64,000 bases of DNA from the NCBI GenBank assembly GCA_004431415.1, contig QPMI01000243.1, positions 1 through 64,000 on the forward strand. The letters run 5' to 3'. The translations under genes and the position numbers were made by a program. The notes under the pieces were generated by a model that worked only from the letters and a program-made list of their open reading frames with translations, ran no database searches and was not told where the DNA came from. Source of the DNA: Cyanophora paradoxa CCMP329 (Eukaryota > Plantae > Glaucophyta). Positions 36,896 through 47,644 of this stretch are shown in pieces; within the stretch, counting starts at the first letter, position 1, and each line of letters begins with the position of its first letter.

Positions 36896-39113
36896 ATGGC
36901 CGCCGATCCGGGCGAGACTGAGGCCGAGGCTGCAGATCTAGAGGAGGAGTTCGCCGCATGGTCGCTCTACAAGGTGAGCGAAGCTGCTGCAGCCGCCCCG
37001 AAGCTCGCTCTGGGCCGCAGATCGCAAAACTTCGCTGTCTAGGACCGGCGATGTGAAAGGAACGCGTGTACGGAATAAGAATAGCGGTTTTAATGGTTTT
37101 CCACGTTCTCCGGGCCCAGCCGATGCCAAACCTTGCGGACAAACCTGCTTGTGTGTCAAGTACCTCGAACAGTGGCCCGTATGCGGCACGGAACGAGAGA
37201 TCCTTGCTTACAATCTCTTATTTTGCGCTCTCACGTCGAGGCGGCTCACGGCGCGCGGCGCGCGCAGCTCCGGGAGCCGCTCGACATCAGCCAGAAGCTC
37301 TACGCCGTTCCGCTGCCGCGCGGGGGCCACGCCTGCATCGGCGTCGACTCCCGCTACCTCCTCGTGTTCGGTGCGCGCGCCGCGTCCTGCAGCTGGCCCG
37401 GCCGCTCCGCGCGCCGAGCGCCGGCGTCAGGCGGGGAGGGGACGGTGGAGGGCCAGCTGGCGAAGCTCGACGACCTGATGCTGCTGCACATCGCGGGGCG
37501 GCACTGGAGCGCGCCGCGCGTGAACCGGCAGCACGCCCCGGAGGCGCGCAGCGGGCACAGCCTCTCGGCGGTGGGCGCGGGGCCGACGCGGGCGCTGCTC
37601 TTCGGGGGCCTCGGGGCGCGCCGCCCGCTCAACGACCTCTGGCGCCTTGACGCCGCCGCCCTCCTCGCCAAGTCTGCCTTCCCCGCCAAGCCCTGGGAGC
37701 GCCTCGCCCCCGCCGGGCCCGCCCCGCGCCCCCGCTACTGGCACGCCGCCGCCGCGGTGTCTGGCGGCGAGCGGCTGTACGTGCACGGGGGGATGGATGT
37801 GGGCCCCCACGCGGCCAAGGCCGCCCTCTCCGACATGCACGTCCTCGTCCGCCGCGACGGTGAGGCCGCCGGGCCGGCCCCCGCCCCGCCCCGCCCCTCA
37901 GGCGCTGCCGGCAGGGGGCTACGCGTGGGAGGCGGTGGAGGGGCGGGGTCCGGCGGAGGTGCGGTGCAGACCGCGGTGCGGGCACACGGCGACGGCGGTG
38001 GGCCACGTGCTCTTCTTTCTGGGGGGCTTCGAGGGCGGGGAGGGCCCGGCGGTGGCCGGCGTGAGGCGGCTGCGCTACATCGAGGGCGTCGACGTCTTCG
38101 ACACCAGCACCGGCGCCTGGAGCAGGCCCTACATCCCCCGCACGCCCCACTTCCCCCCGCCCCGCTCCCGCGTCCGCCCCTCCCCGCCCGCCCCGCCTGC
38201 CCCCCCCCCCCCCTCCCCCCCTCCCCCCCCTCCCCACCCCTCCCCCCCTCCCCCTCTCCGCCCCTCCCCCTCCCCCCCTGCCCCCTCACGCTCGCTGCGG
38301 GGCAGCACACGGCGACGCTGCTGTCGAGCGGGGAGATCCTGGTGGTCGGGGGCTGGCCGGCCCCCGCCACGTGGCCCTCCGCCGGCTCCGGGCGGGGGGC
38401 TGCCGCTGCGGCGGCGGCGGCGGCGCGGGCGGCGGCGGAAGAGGTGCCGCCCCTGCAGGCGGAGAAGCTCGAGCCGCCCGTCGTGCACCTCTTCGACCCC
38501 AGTGCGCGCCCCCTCGCGGCGGCGGGCCGGGCGAGCGCCGAGGCGGGCCCGGGGCGGGGCGTGGGCGGGGCGCAGAGGCGCTGCGGTGGCGGGGGGTGGA
38601 GGTGCGGACGGTGACGGGGCGGTACCCGCCGCACCTGCACGGCCACGCGGCGGTGGCGCTGCGCGGCAGCGCCGCCCTCCTCTTCGGCGGCTGGGCCCAC
38701 GACGTCCCCTCCAACGTCGTCCGCCCCCCTCCCCCCCCCCCCCCCCCCCCCCAACTCCCCCCACCCCCCAACTCCCCCCTTGCTCCAGGCGTAGTCTAAC
38801 CCCGCGCCCTCCGCACGTCCAGACGTTCCACGTGCAAATCTTCGGGGGGCCGGAGGACCCGACGGCGGGGGCGGGGGCGGAAGAGGCGTCGCCGCCGGTG
38901 TCGCCCTCCAGCCCCGCGGGGCCCGCCGAGGGCTGGGGGGCGGAGGGGCCGGACGGGCGGGAGGCCTTCGTCACTACGGCGCTCGCGGACCCCGAGCCCG
39001 AGCCCGGGGCCGAGGCCGGCGCGCCGTCGCCGGGAGGAGACGGCGGCCTAGGCGGGCACCAAGCAGCCCCGGACCCCGATCCCCCTCCCGGACCAGCAGG
39101 GAGCTATAGATAG
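36896..39113 (+). CDS. Kelch-repeat beta-propeller protein
   Basis: Repeated PxPRxxH...hhhGG units: PRGGHAC, ARSGHSLS..LLFGG, PRPRYWHAA..LYVHGG, PRCGHTAT..LFFLGG, HGHAAV..LLFGG. The 5' exons are tentative. Confidence 0.82.
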
Positions 39114-39179
39114 TCCGCGCTAGCTGCAGGTACACGCAGACGCTGCTCTCACGCTACACGCAGTGGCGTTCGCAATCGA

Positions 39180-40062
39180 TCACAGAAGACCCCGCTCAAA
39201 CAGACTGAAAGCCCTTCGCGCGGCAGAGAGAGAGGTCGGTGACAAAGGAGAAAGGGGAGGTCTGTCCGACGCCGCCAGTGCGGACTGAGAAACCCACTGA
39301 ACCGCAGCGGCATCGTCACCGGCCACGGGAGTCTGCCCTGGATCCGCGAGGATCGCTACTGTCTGCGTAATTACGTAATGAAATTCCACCCTCCCCTCCT
39401 TGTCATGGATGATGGATTCCGAAGATCCTATTGTCTCAGGAAATACCTGTGCATGCAGCTGATCAAAAGCAGGCCCTAAGGTACATTGAATGCAACAGAA
39501 AGCAGAAAGTGGAGCACCTCAACGTCAAGGCCGGTCTCCTCCTTCACTTCCCGGACAGCAGCATCGGCAACTCTCTCGCCAAGGTGAACTCGGCCTGGTC
39601 ATGAGAGCGACAGTCAATACGAGCCAATGACGAGAGCCCACAGTCGTTCCGCCGAGCACGTCGAGATCTTTAGCTACGTCTGCGCACGCCGCACCTCCCA
39701 CGAGCGCCCAGACGCCTTTAGCGGGCTCTTTTGCCCGCTGTACGAACAGCACCTGCGCGAGCGCAGCAGAGCTGGCGTGAGGCTTGGCAATACGTATACA
39801 CGCATATGCATGTTCGCACCCGCGCCTCTGCAGCGCCCGCTTCTGGTCTCCTGTCAAAGACTACACAGGAAACTGCTACCATCGGCGCTGCTGGGAATCG
39901 CCGGCTGGTCGCCGTCGCCGTCACTTGAGCTTGGGCGGAAGTCGCGTGTGGTCGAAGACCGCGGGCGCCGTAGGTCGACGAGCGCAGCTGCAGTATGCCC
40001 GGCCTCGAGCCGAAGACGGCAGCAGAGCGCGAGGCTCCGATGCACGCTGCGAGAAACGCCAT
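39180..40062 (-). CDS. Nudix hydrolase with a putative plastid transit peptide
   Basis: VLFVQRAKEPAKGVWALVGG...GERVADAAVREVKEETGL (Nudix box), [16 protein letters not shown]. The N-terminus MAFLAACIGASRSAAVF is S/A/R-rich with no acidic residues. Confidence 0.88.
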
Positions 40063-40232
40063 TGCAGGGCACAGGGCGCAAGAGCAGCTTGGGGGCCAGT
40101 TGGCGGCGCAACTTGGCGGCGTTGGCCGCAAGGTTGAGAGAGAGAGAGCAAGCAAAAGACACTCCCAGGGTTGGTGGCAACTTGGTGGGAAGTTGGTGCG
40201 GCGGACGGGGTACGGCAAAGCAGCACAAAAAA

Positions 40233-41000
40233 ATGCTGTCGCTCGTCCGGCAGGCGTCCCTGCGCGCCGCCAGGCCAGTCGATGACGCAGTGTGGCTCGT
40301 AGCGATCAGGGAGTTCAAGCGGGGCAAGCCGCCGCCGCCGCCGCCGCCTCCTGAGCGCCAGATCTTCCAGCCCGTGCGCCTGATGCCTGGCGCGTTCCGT
40401 GATGAAGCGGGAGTCCCAACGATCAAGCTGGCCGCCGAGCCGAAGGACGAGAAGGGCTGGAAAACCGCGCGGGAGCTCCGACGCACGAACCGGAGTGCGT
40501 CTCGCCCCGCCGCGTGGCGCGGGACGGCGGCATTTGGCTCACGTCTGCATGCAGTACCTGTGCTCATCCAAGGCTGCGCCGCGACGCCGCCTGCGATGAT
40601 GTCGGTGAACCAGCGCGAGCTGTCGAAGATGCTGCGCTACGATCAGCTGTGGGAGATAAAGATCATATCCTGTCGCGCCGCCATCGCGTGTCGCTCGCGC
40701 GCTCCGCCCGCCCCGCGCGCCCTCCTTGACTTCGCGCCCCCACATCCTCGAGACACCGAACGCGGAGCCCATCCCCGTCACGCTGCACGAGGTCCGCCGC
40801 CGCCGACGCCGCCGACGCGCCCCCGCACGCGGCCGTCGAGGCGGGTGCGGTGGGCGCAGGTGCAGCGGCACTACCTGAACGACCTGCCGATGGCGGCCTT
40901 CTTCCTGCGCTGGGACAGCCCCAAGCAGCTCGAGAAGAAGAAGCACTGGAGGAGGGGCCGCCTGCGGCAAGCCGACCCCTTCGGCGAGGACGAGGCGTAG
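40233..41000 (+). CDS. Organellar (probably mitochondrial) ribosomal protein bL25-like
   Basis: Presequence-like MLSLVRQASLRAAR, then LAAEPKDEKGWKTARELRRTNR-VPVLIQG...VTLHEVQRHYLNDLPMAAFF, which follows the L25 pattern. Confidence 0.65.
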   Translation: MLSLVRQASLRAARPVDDAVWLVAIREFKRGKPPPPPPPPERQIFQPVRLMPGAFRDEAGVPTIKLAAEPKDEKGWKTARELRRTNRSASRPAAWRGTAAFGSRLHAVPVLIQGCAATPPAMMSVNQRELSKMLRYDQLWEIKIISCRAAIACRSRAPPAPRALLDFAPPHPRDTERGAHPRHAARGPPPPTPPTRPRTRPSRRVRWAQVQRHYLNDLPMAAFFLRWDSPKQLEKKKHWRRGRLRQADPFGEDEA

Positions 41001-41073
41001 TAGCTGCGCGGACCCCACTTCCCTTCGGCAGGCAGCGGTGCACATACAGCGGTACCGTTCGATGCGAGGGGGG

Positions 41074-44000
41074 TCAGGCGGGGGCGGGGCGCGGGGGGCG
41101 GAGGGCGGAGGGGGCGACGTGGTGGGTGGGGAGGCCGGCGGCGAGGGCGTCCCAGGCCATGCGGACGGCGGTGTTGAGGGAGGCGGCGTAGGCGCGGGCG
41201 TCGAAGAGGGCGCTCGCGTTGCGGCCCTCGGCGAGCGCGCGCTGCAGCTGCGCCGCGTCGAAGCCGGCCGCCGGCAGGCCCCGCGCCAGCGCCACCGCCC
41301 GGTCCTCGTACGCCTTCAGCGAGGGCGCCGTGAGCGCCGCCGCCGCCGCCGGCGGGAGGGCGGCGGCGGCGAGGGAGGCCCCCACGCGGGCGGGGAAGGC
41401 CTCGTGGGGCACCGTCAGCGCCGGCACCCCCGCCCACTGCGCGCGGCGTGAGGGCCCGAGGGGCGGGCGGGGGCCATCCGCGCAGCGCGCACGAGGGCGT
41501 CGGAGGCGGTGGAGTGGGCGTTGTAGGCGAGGGAGTCGAGGAGGAGGTCGGCGGCCGCGAGCCGCCGCAGGTGCGCCGCCTTGGGGACCACGCCGGCGAG
41601 CACGAGGCGCGACTCGGCGAGGCCGTGGGCGAAGAGCTCGGCCTGCAGGCGGGGCGCCGAGGCGGGCGGGGCGGCGAGGAGCCAGAGGACGGCCCCGGGG
41701 GCCCGCCGCATGACGGCCGCCCAGAGGCCGAGCGCGACGGGGTCCACCTTGTGCGCCGTCGAGAAGGCGGCGAGGACGAAGGGCGGGGGGCGGAAGGGGA
41801 GGCCGTAGTCGTAGCGCAGGCGGGCGCGGTCGCGGAAGGCGAGGGCGGCGGCGGGGGGCACGTCCCCGCAGCAGCGCCGGTGGTCGTTCGCCTGGTACGA
41901 GCCCGGCAGCAGCAGCAGCTTCTCCGCGAAGGCCCCCGCCAGCGACGGCGCCGCCGCCACCCGGTCCGCCGCGAAGAGGTCCGCCGGCCGCAGCCGCCCC
42001 GAGGCGCCCAGCGTCGCGGGGTACCCCAAGAACGAGACGGCGAGGGGGGCAGGGCGGAGGAGGAGGGAGGGGAGGCGGTTGCCCGCCGTGTGGCCCGCCA
42101 GGTCGAACAGCACGTCCTGGCGCCGACATCAGGGGGAAGGCAGGCGGCGGGGGATACGGGCACGCACGATCTCGTCGTCCTTCATCTGTTCGACCGTCTC
42201 CTCCGCTGCGCGGCGTCACGAGGGGATGGGAATGAGGGGGGAGGAGCCGGGCGGGGGTACCGGTGAGGCCGGAGACGTCGAACATGGCGTGGGCGTCCTC
42301 GGCGATGCGGTCGCGCACGCCGCTGCTGTCCTTCGCGTTCGCGCTCGCGAGCGAGTAGGCCACCAGCTTCGGGGGCGCCCCCGCGATCCCCCGCAGCGTC
42401 CCGAAGAGGCCCGCCACCAGGTGCCCCACCTGCGCGTGCGGCGGTGCCCCGTCGGCCGCCCGGAGGGCCGCGGGGGAGGGGGTGCCGGGGGTACCGGGTG
42501 GTCCCCGAAGTCGGCGGAGAGGAAGCCCCAGGCGGCGGGGGGCCCGCTCCGGGCGGGTGGTACGGCGTGCCCCGCGGGGGGCTTCGGCAGCTCCCCCGCC
42601 GCCCGCTTCACGTACGCGTCCGCGACCTGCCGCCCCGCTCGGACAGGAGCAAGACCCCGACAGGCTGGGGACACCGCACCTTGCGGATGGTGGCGGCGGG
42701 GAGGGGGTACGCGGCGGCGTGCAGGGGCCGCACGCTGGGGAGCGCCGAGGCGTTCAGCTGCGAGGTGCAAGGCGGGGGCCCGTCAGAAAGCCGAGGGGCA
42801 GGGGTGAGGAGAGAAAGGGGCGGGCCTGGGCCTCGAGGGCGTCGCGCAGCCTCGCGAAGACGGCGTCCTTCTCCCGCCAGTCGCACCTGAGCCGGGGCTC
42901 AGGGGAAGGAGGGGAAGGAGGGGGAGGGGCGGGGGCGGGCGGACATGTGGAGGCGGGCCTGGAAGAGGTCGCCGAGGGCGTCGTGGAAGGCGGGGTCGTC
43001 CTCCAGCGCCGCCGCGAACTGCTCCGCCGCCTCCTCCACCCCTGGCCCCCGGCGTTCGCGGGGAGGGGGGGGGGGGGGGGGGGGGGGGAAGAGAGGGAGG
43101 AGGGAGGGGTGCTGCGGCGCACGGTGCTCGGAGAGGAAGACGCCGCCGAGGTTCTGGGGGGCGGCGAGTGAGCCGAGGAGGGGGGAACGGGGGCGGGGGA
43201 GGGGCACGCGCATTGTGGGCCTCGGGGAAGTTGGGCCGCTGGGAGAGGGCGGCCCTGTAGTGCGCCACGGCCCGCGCCCTGCAGGGGCCGGCTCGAGGAA
43301 GGAGGGGCGCGGAGTGGGGGGGGGGACGAAGCTGCGCACCCCCTGCCGAGGTCGACGAGGGCGTTCGCGAGGTTCTGAGAGGGGAGGGGGGGGTGAGCGG
43401 GGGGCGCGGGGGGCGCGAGGGGGAGGGGCGGACGTTGTGGGCCTCCGGGGAGTTGGGGTTGAGCTTGATGGCCCGCTGGAGGGAGCGGGCGGCCTCCGCG
43501 GGGCGCCCCGCCTCCTTCTGCGCCGCCCCCAGCTCCGCCGCCGCCTCCCAGTTCTCCTCGTCCAGCTCCGCCGCCCGCCCCAGCGCCTCCAGCGCCTCCG
43601 CGAGGCGCCCCGCGGTGCGGCAGGCGAGGCCGAAGTTGTAGTAGGCGGAGGAGGCGCCCTGCTTGTCCGCGGGGGCGACGGCGAGGGCCTTGCGGAGCAT
43701 CGCGAGGGCGGCGTCGGTCTCCCCGCGGCGCCGCTTGAGGAGGCCGTAGTTGGAGAGGGCCACGAAGTGCGCGGGGGCCGCCCTCAGCGCCGCCTCGTAG
43801 AGCGCCCCCGCCCCCGCCTCGTCCCCGCCCCGCTCCACCAGCGTCCCCAGCTGCGCCGCGAAGTCTGGGTTCTCCGGGCTGCGCGGGCGGGGCGAGGTGA
43901 GGCGGGTGGGGCGGGAGAGGGGGCGGGGGCAGACTCGAGGCGGTGGGCCTCGCGGGCGGCGGCGGTGGCGCCCTCCACGTCCCCCGTCTTCGTCAGCGCC

Positions 44001-44952
44001 AGCGCCAGGTTGTAGTGCGTCAGCTCGTTCCTCCCGTCCACCGCCAGTGCCTTCCTGCACGCGAGCCTCAGCACCCGCGCGCCCCCCGCCCGCCCGCTCG
44101 CTCCCGCCGCACCGGAACTGCGCGGCGGCGCGGGCGGCTTTCCCCAGCCGCAGGAGCATCACCCTGGAGGCTCCGCGTAAGGCGTGCCGAGGATGTGGAT
44201 CAGGAGAGGGATGGAGGGGTACAGACGCGCCCGTAGTTGTTGTGTACCCCGGTGAGGGAGGCGCGGGTCTCGGGGCGGGGGGGCGAGGCGAGCTCGACGG
44301 CCTTCTCGAAGGAGCGGGCCGCCTCCTCGTATTTGCCCTTTGCCTCCAGCGCCGTCCCAAGGTTCGCCTGTCGGCCCCGGTCGGCGGCGAGGGCCGGGGC
44401 GGGGGGAGGGGCCGGGGGGTGCGCACGTATATCTCGGGCATGCGGGGCGCGACCTTGCTCGCCGCTCGGAAGGCGGCGATCGCCCCGTCCGTGTCCCCCG
44501 CGCGCGCCCTAATGCAGAGCGCTCCCCCATCAGCGCTCCGCGCGCCGGCGGCGGGGCGGGGCGGGGCGGGACAGGGGCGCGGGAGGGCGCACAGGGAGGC
44601 CCCCACGTAGAAGGCTTTGACGCCGTCCGCCGGATCCTTCGCGCTCGCCGCGCGGAAGCACGCGACCGCCTCCGCCATGTCCTCCCGCCCCTGCGCAGCC
44701 TCCCCTGCCCGGCTGCCGCGTACGCGTCATTCAGAGGCGCGCGGACGGCGGGCCGGGGGCCGCGCACAAGAGAGCCGCCGCGTCCGCGTCCTTCGGGGCC
44801 GTCGAACACTCCGACGCAGCTGGCTGAGCCGCAGCGGGCTCCGACTCCTGAGCCGTGTGCCCCGCCGCCGCGGGTTTCTTTGCGGAGGTCGGGCCCGTAC
44901 ACGCGAGCAGCGCGGCGAGGACAAGGAGGGCCCTCAGCCTGAAGCCCTTCAT
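41074..44952 (-). CDS. TPR + GT41 O-GlcNAc transferase-like protein with an N-terminal signal peptide
   Basis: MKGFRLRALLVLAALLACTGPTSA, multiple TPRs (..PEAHNNL), then GFLSADFGDHP, DLAGHT, RPAPLAVSFLGYPATLG, FSTAHKVDP, ADLLLDSLAYNAHSTASDALWAGVP. Confidence 0.88.
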
Positions 44953-45274
44953 TTCGTCCCGCCTCTACGAGCGAGTCGCGATGGGCGTCGTCGAGCTGCT
45001 GGCGCCGAGCGCCTCGGCTGAAGTCTGAAAATTTTCGAGTGCTGAATCACTGCTGATCAGTTGGTCTGGAAACGAAGTCTCTAGCCTAGTAGGCCGTTGT
45101 CGATCTTATCTATTCCCAGGCGAGGGCAGGGGACCCGGAAAAGCGAGAGCTGAGTGGGGGGATTGGGCCTGCCACGGGTACGCAGCGACTCGAACGTTAG
45201 GCGCGTCTTCCAGGCGCGTGTATTATCGACGCCCGAGCGGAAGTAGGCTTCGAAATCCCGTTTCAAGCATCGGA

Positions 45275-47246
45275 ATGGACTCCCCGGCCCCTCCTCCACC
45301 TCCGCGCCGTCCTCTGCCGGTCCCTGGGACGCCGGGCAGCGCCCCGCCTCCAGTTCCGGCCACGCCGCCTGTAGCTCCGCCGCATCCGGCCCCGGCGACC
45401 CCGGCGACCCCGGCTGCTCCCGCTCCGGCCCCGGCCGCCCGTCCGGCTCCTGCTGCCCGCCCTGCAGCAGCTCCCACCGCCCAGGTTGCGATCACCTTAT
45501 GCAACCCTCAGAAGTCCGGCGAAGGCCTCAAAACGCACATTGTGCGTCATGATACAGAAGTCTTCGGACGCGTACATATGACTGACCCGGCGCCACGCAC
45601 CGGGTCGGCCCGCAGACGTTCGAGGTGCAAGCGAAGGCGCTGGTGCCCGAACTGGCTGGCGTGTATGGCTCGCCGCACAGCTCCACTCGCCGCGCATTTA
45701 AGGACTTCGCCGCGCTGCGCGACCTTCTCCAGAGCATGTTCCCGCACGGTCAGTTCCCGAGCGAGAGCTTTTCAACGCTTGACCTCCATGTGCAGTCATT
45801 CTGCCGTTCCCTGAGAAGACGACGGCCGACGTTGTGCTGGACAAGAAGCACGGCTACACGGACGAGTTCATCGAGTGCGCCTCTTTCTAATTGTCCGTCA
45901 TCGCTTGGGCATGACAGGAACCTCGCCCAGGTCGCGGCGAAAGAAGCTCAGCAGGTCCGCCTCAACCGCCATCGTCTATACCGCCTCAACCGCCATCGTG
46001 GCCGCCGACGCTGCCGGCGCGCGCGCGCAGGTTTATGAACCGTCTTGCTGAGCACCCGGTGGTCAGCAAGACAGCCGAGTTCCAGGCCTTCCTCACTAAC
46101 CAGTTCTTTCCTTTTCCGTTCTTTCTCGCGCACGCGTGGCCGCCGACGCCGCTCGGCGGCAGGGACGCGAGCCTGCCGAAGGGCGGCAACGTGATGGACA
46201 AGGCGGCCTCGATCGGCGCCGGCCTCCTGAAGAAGGCCACCGTCGGCGTGCAGCAGGCGACGCGCGCGCCCGTCCCGAAGGACGACCCCCTCCAGTCGAC
46301 CATCGAGTGGTACTGCGCCGCGTCCCGTCGGCGTCCTCCCTGTGCCCGACGCGCGGCCGGACAGGTTCCGCGGCTTCCAGCTCTCGTGCGAGAAGGCTGC
46401 GGACTCCTCGAAGAGCCTCGCCAAGCAGAAGAGCGGTGCGCGGCCCGGATCCCCTCTCCGGCGGGGCGCCGTTGAGCGGGCGGCAGACATGGCGTCGTGC
46501 GTGGGCCAGCTGGGCGCCATCCTCGCCGACCTCGGCCGCGGCGAGCACGCGCACGTCGGCATGGTCGGCGCCCGCGCCCGCTGCCCCTCGCCCGCCCCGG
46601 CGCGGCTGAGCGCGCTCGGCGCAGCCGCTACTGGAGGCGTTCGGGGAGACGTACCAGGCGCTGAACGCCGTCTCGGTGGGCCTCTCCGCGCAGGCGCAGA
46701 TCGACGACGAGACCGTGAGCGACCTCTTCAAGGAGTACCTCCTTTTCTGCGAGGGCTTCAAGGCCGTCGAGATGCACCGCGTGCGGCCCCTCCCTTCCTC
46801 CCCTCCTCGGCCCCTCCCCGCTCAGCGCCACGCAGGAGGAGCTGTACGGGGCGGTGGACTCGCTGCGGTCGCAGGTGGAGAAGGCGAAGGCGAGCCTGCA
46901 CACGCTCCAGGAGACGGGCCACGCCTCGCAGACCGACAAGATGCTCGGCCAGGCGATGTCCCTCTTCGGCGGAAAGAAGGAGAAGAAGGACACGACGGCG
47001 CAGGAGGCGCAGATCACCGGCGGCATCGAGAAGCTGCAGGCCGAGCTGGCCGCCGCGCAGAAGGAGTACGAGGAGTTCGCGGGCAAGGTGAAAGAGGAGG
47101 TGGCGCGCGTGCACAAGGTCAAGGCGAAGGAGTACAAGGCGATGCTGCGCGAGTTCGCGGAGGCGCAGATCGCCTTCCACTCCCTAAGCCTCGCCACCTG
47201 GAACGCCACTCTCCAGAAGATCGCCGCCGTCCCGGACGAGCCCTAG
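45275..47246 (+). CDS. PX-BAR sorting nexin (Vps5/SNX1-like) with a Pro-rich N-terminus
   Basis: VAITLCNPQKSGEGLKTHI...RRAFKDFAALRDLLQSMFP...FMNRLAEHPVVSKTAEFQAFL (PX domain), followed by a helical BAR-like region ending FAEAQIAFH. Confidence 0.8.
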
Positions 47247-47644
47247 GCAGCCCCCTCCCCGCCCGCCTCCCTTCGGGTTCCTCCCCTGTCTGAATTCCAC
47301 GTGCTGCGTGCCACGGTGATGAGAGGACCGGGGGGCAGGCCAGCCCGTGGGCCGGAAGGGGCCCGTCAGAGTCGGTCGGACTGTGGCCGAAGTATGCCTT
47401 CGATCGTGAACAAGCTAAAAAAGCTGAAGGAAAAGGCAGACCGGGAGGACGGCAGCGGCAGCCGAAGCTCGAGTTCGCGCCCGCGGCCTACAAATCTTCA
47501 ATGGAACTTCGGAATTCATGTACACTTGGCCATGGGGTCTTAAATAAGAAATACACTAGGAAATCCTGTGGGACTGTGGGCTTCGAAGGCTTCACAGCAC
47601 GCTCGGCCGGGGAGGCCAGGGGGGGAGTCGGGGCCTCGGGGGCG

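Noticed and set aside
39180-40062. Nudix gene as a recent horizontal transfer because of its lower GC
   Set aside because: It has spliceosomal introns and a targeting peptide, and the lower GC matches the TSS-proximal pattern seen in all genes here.
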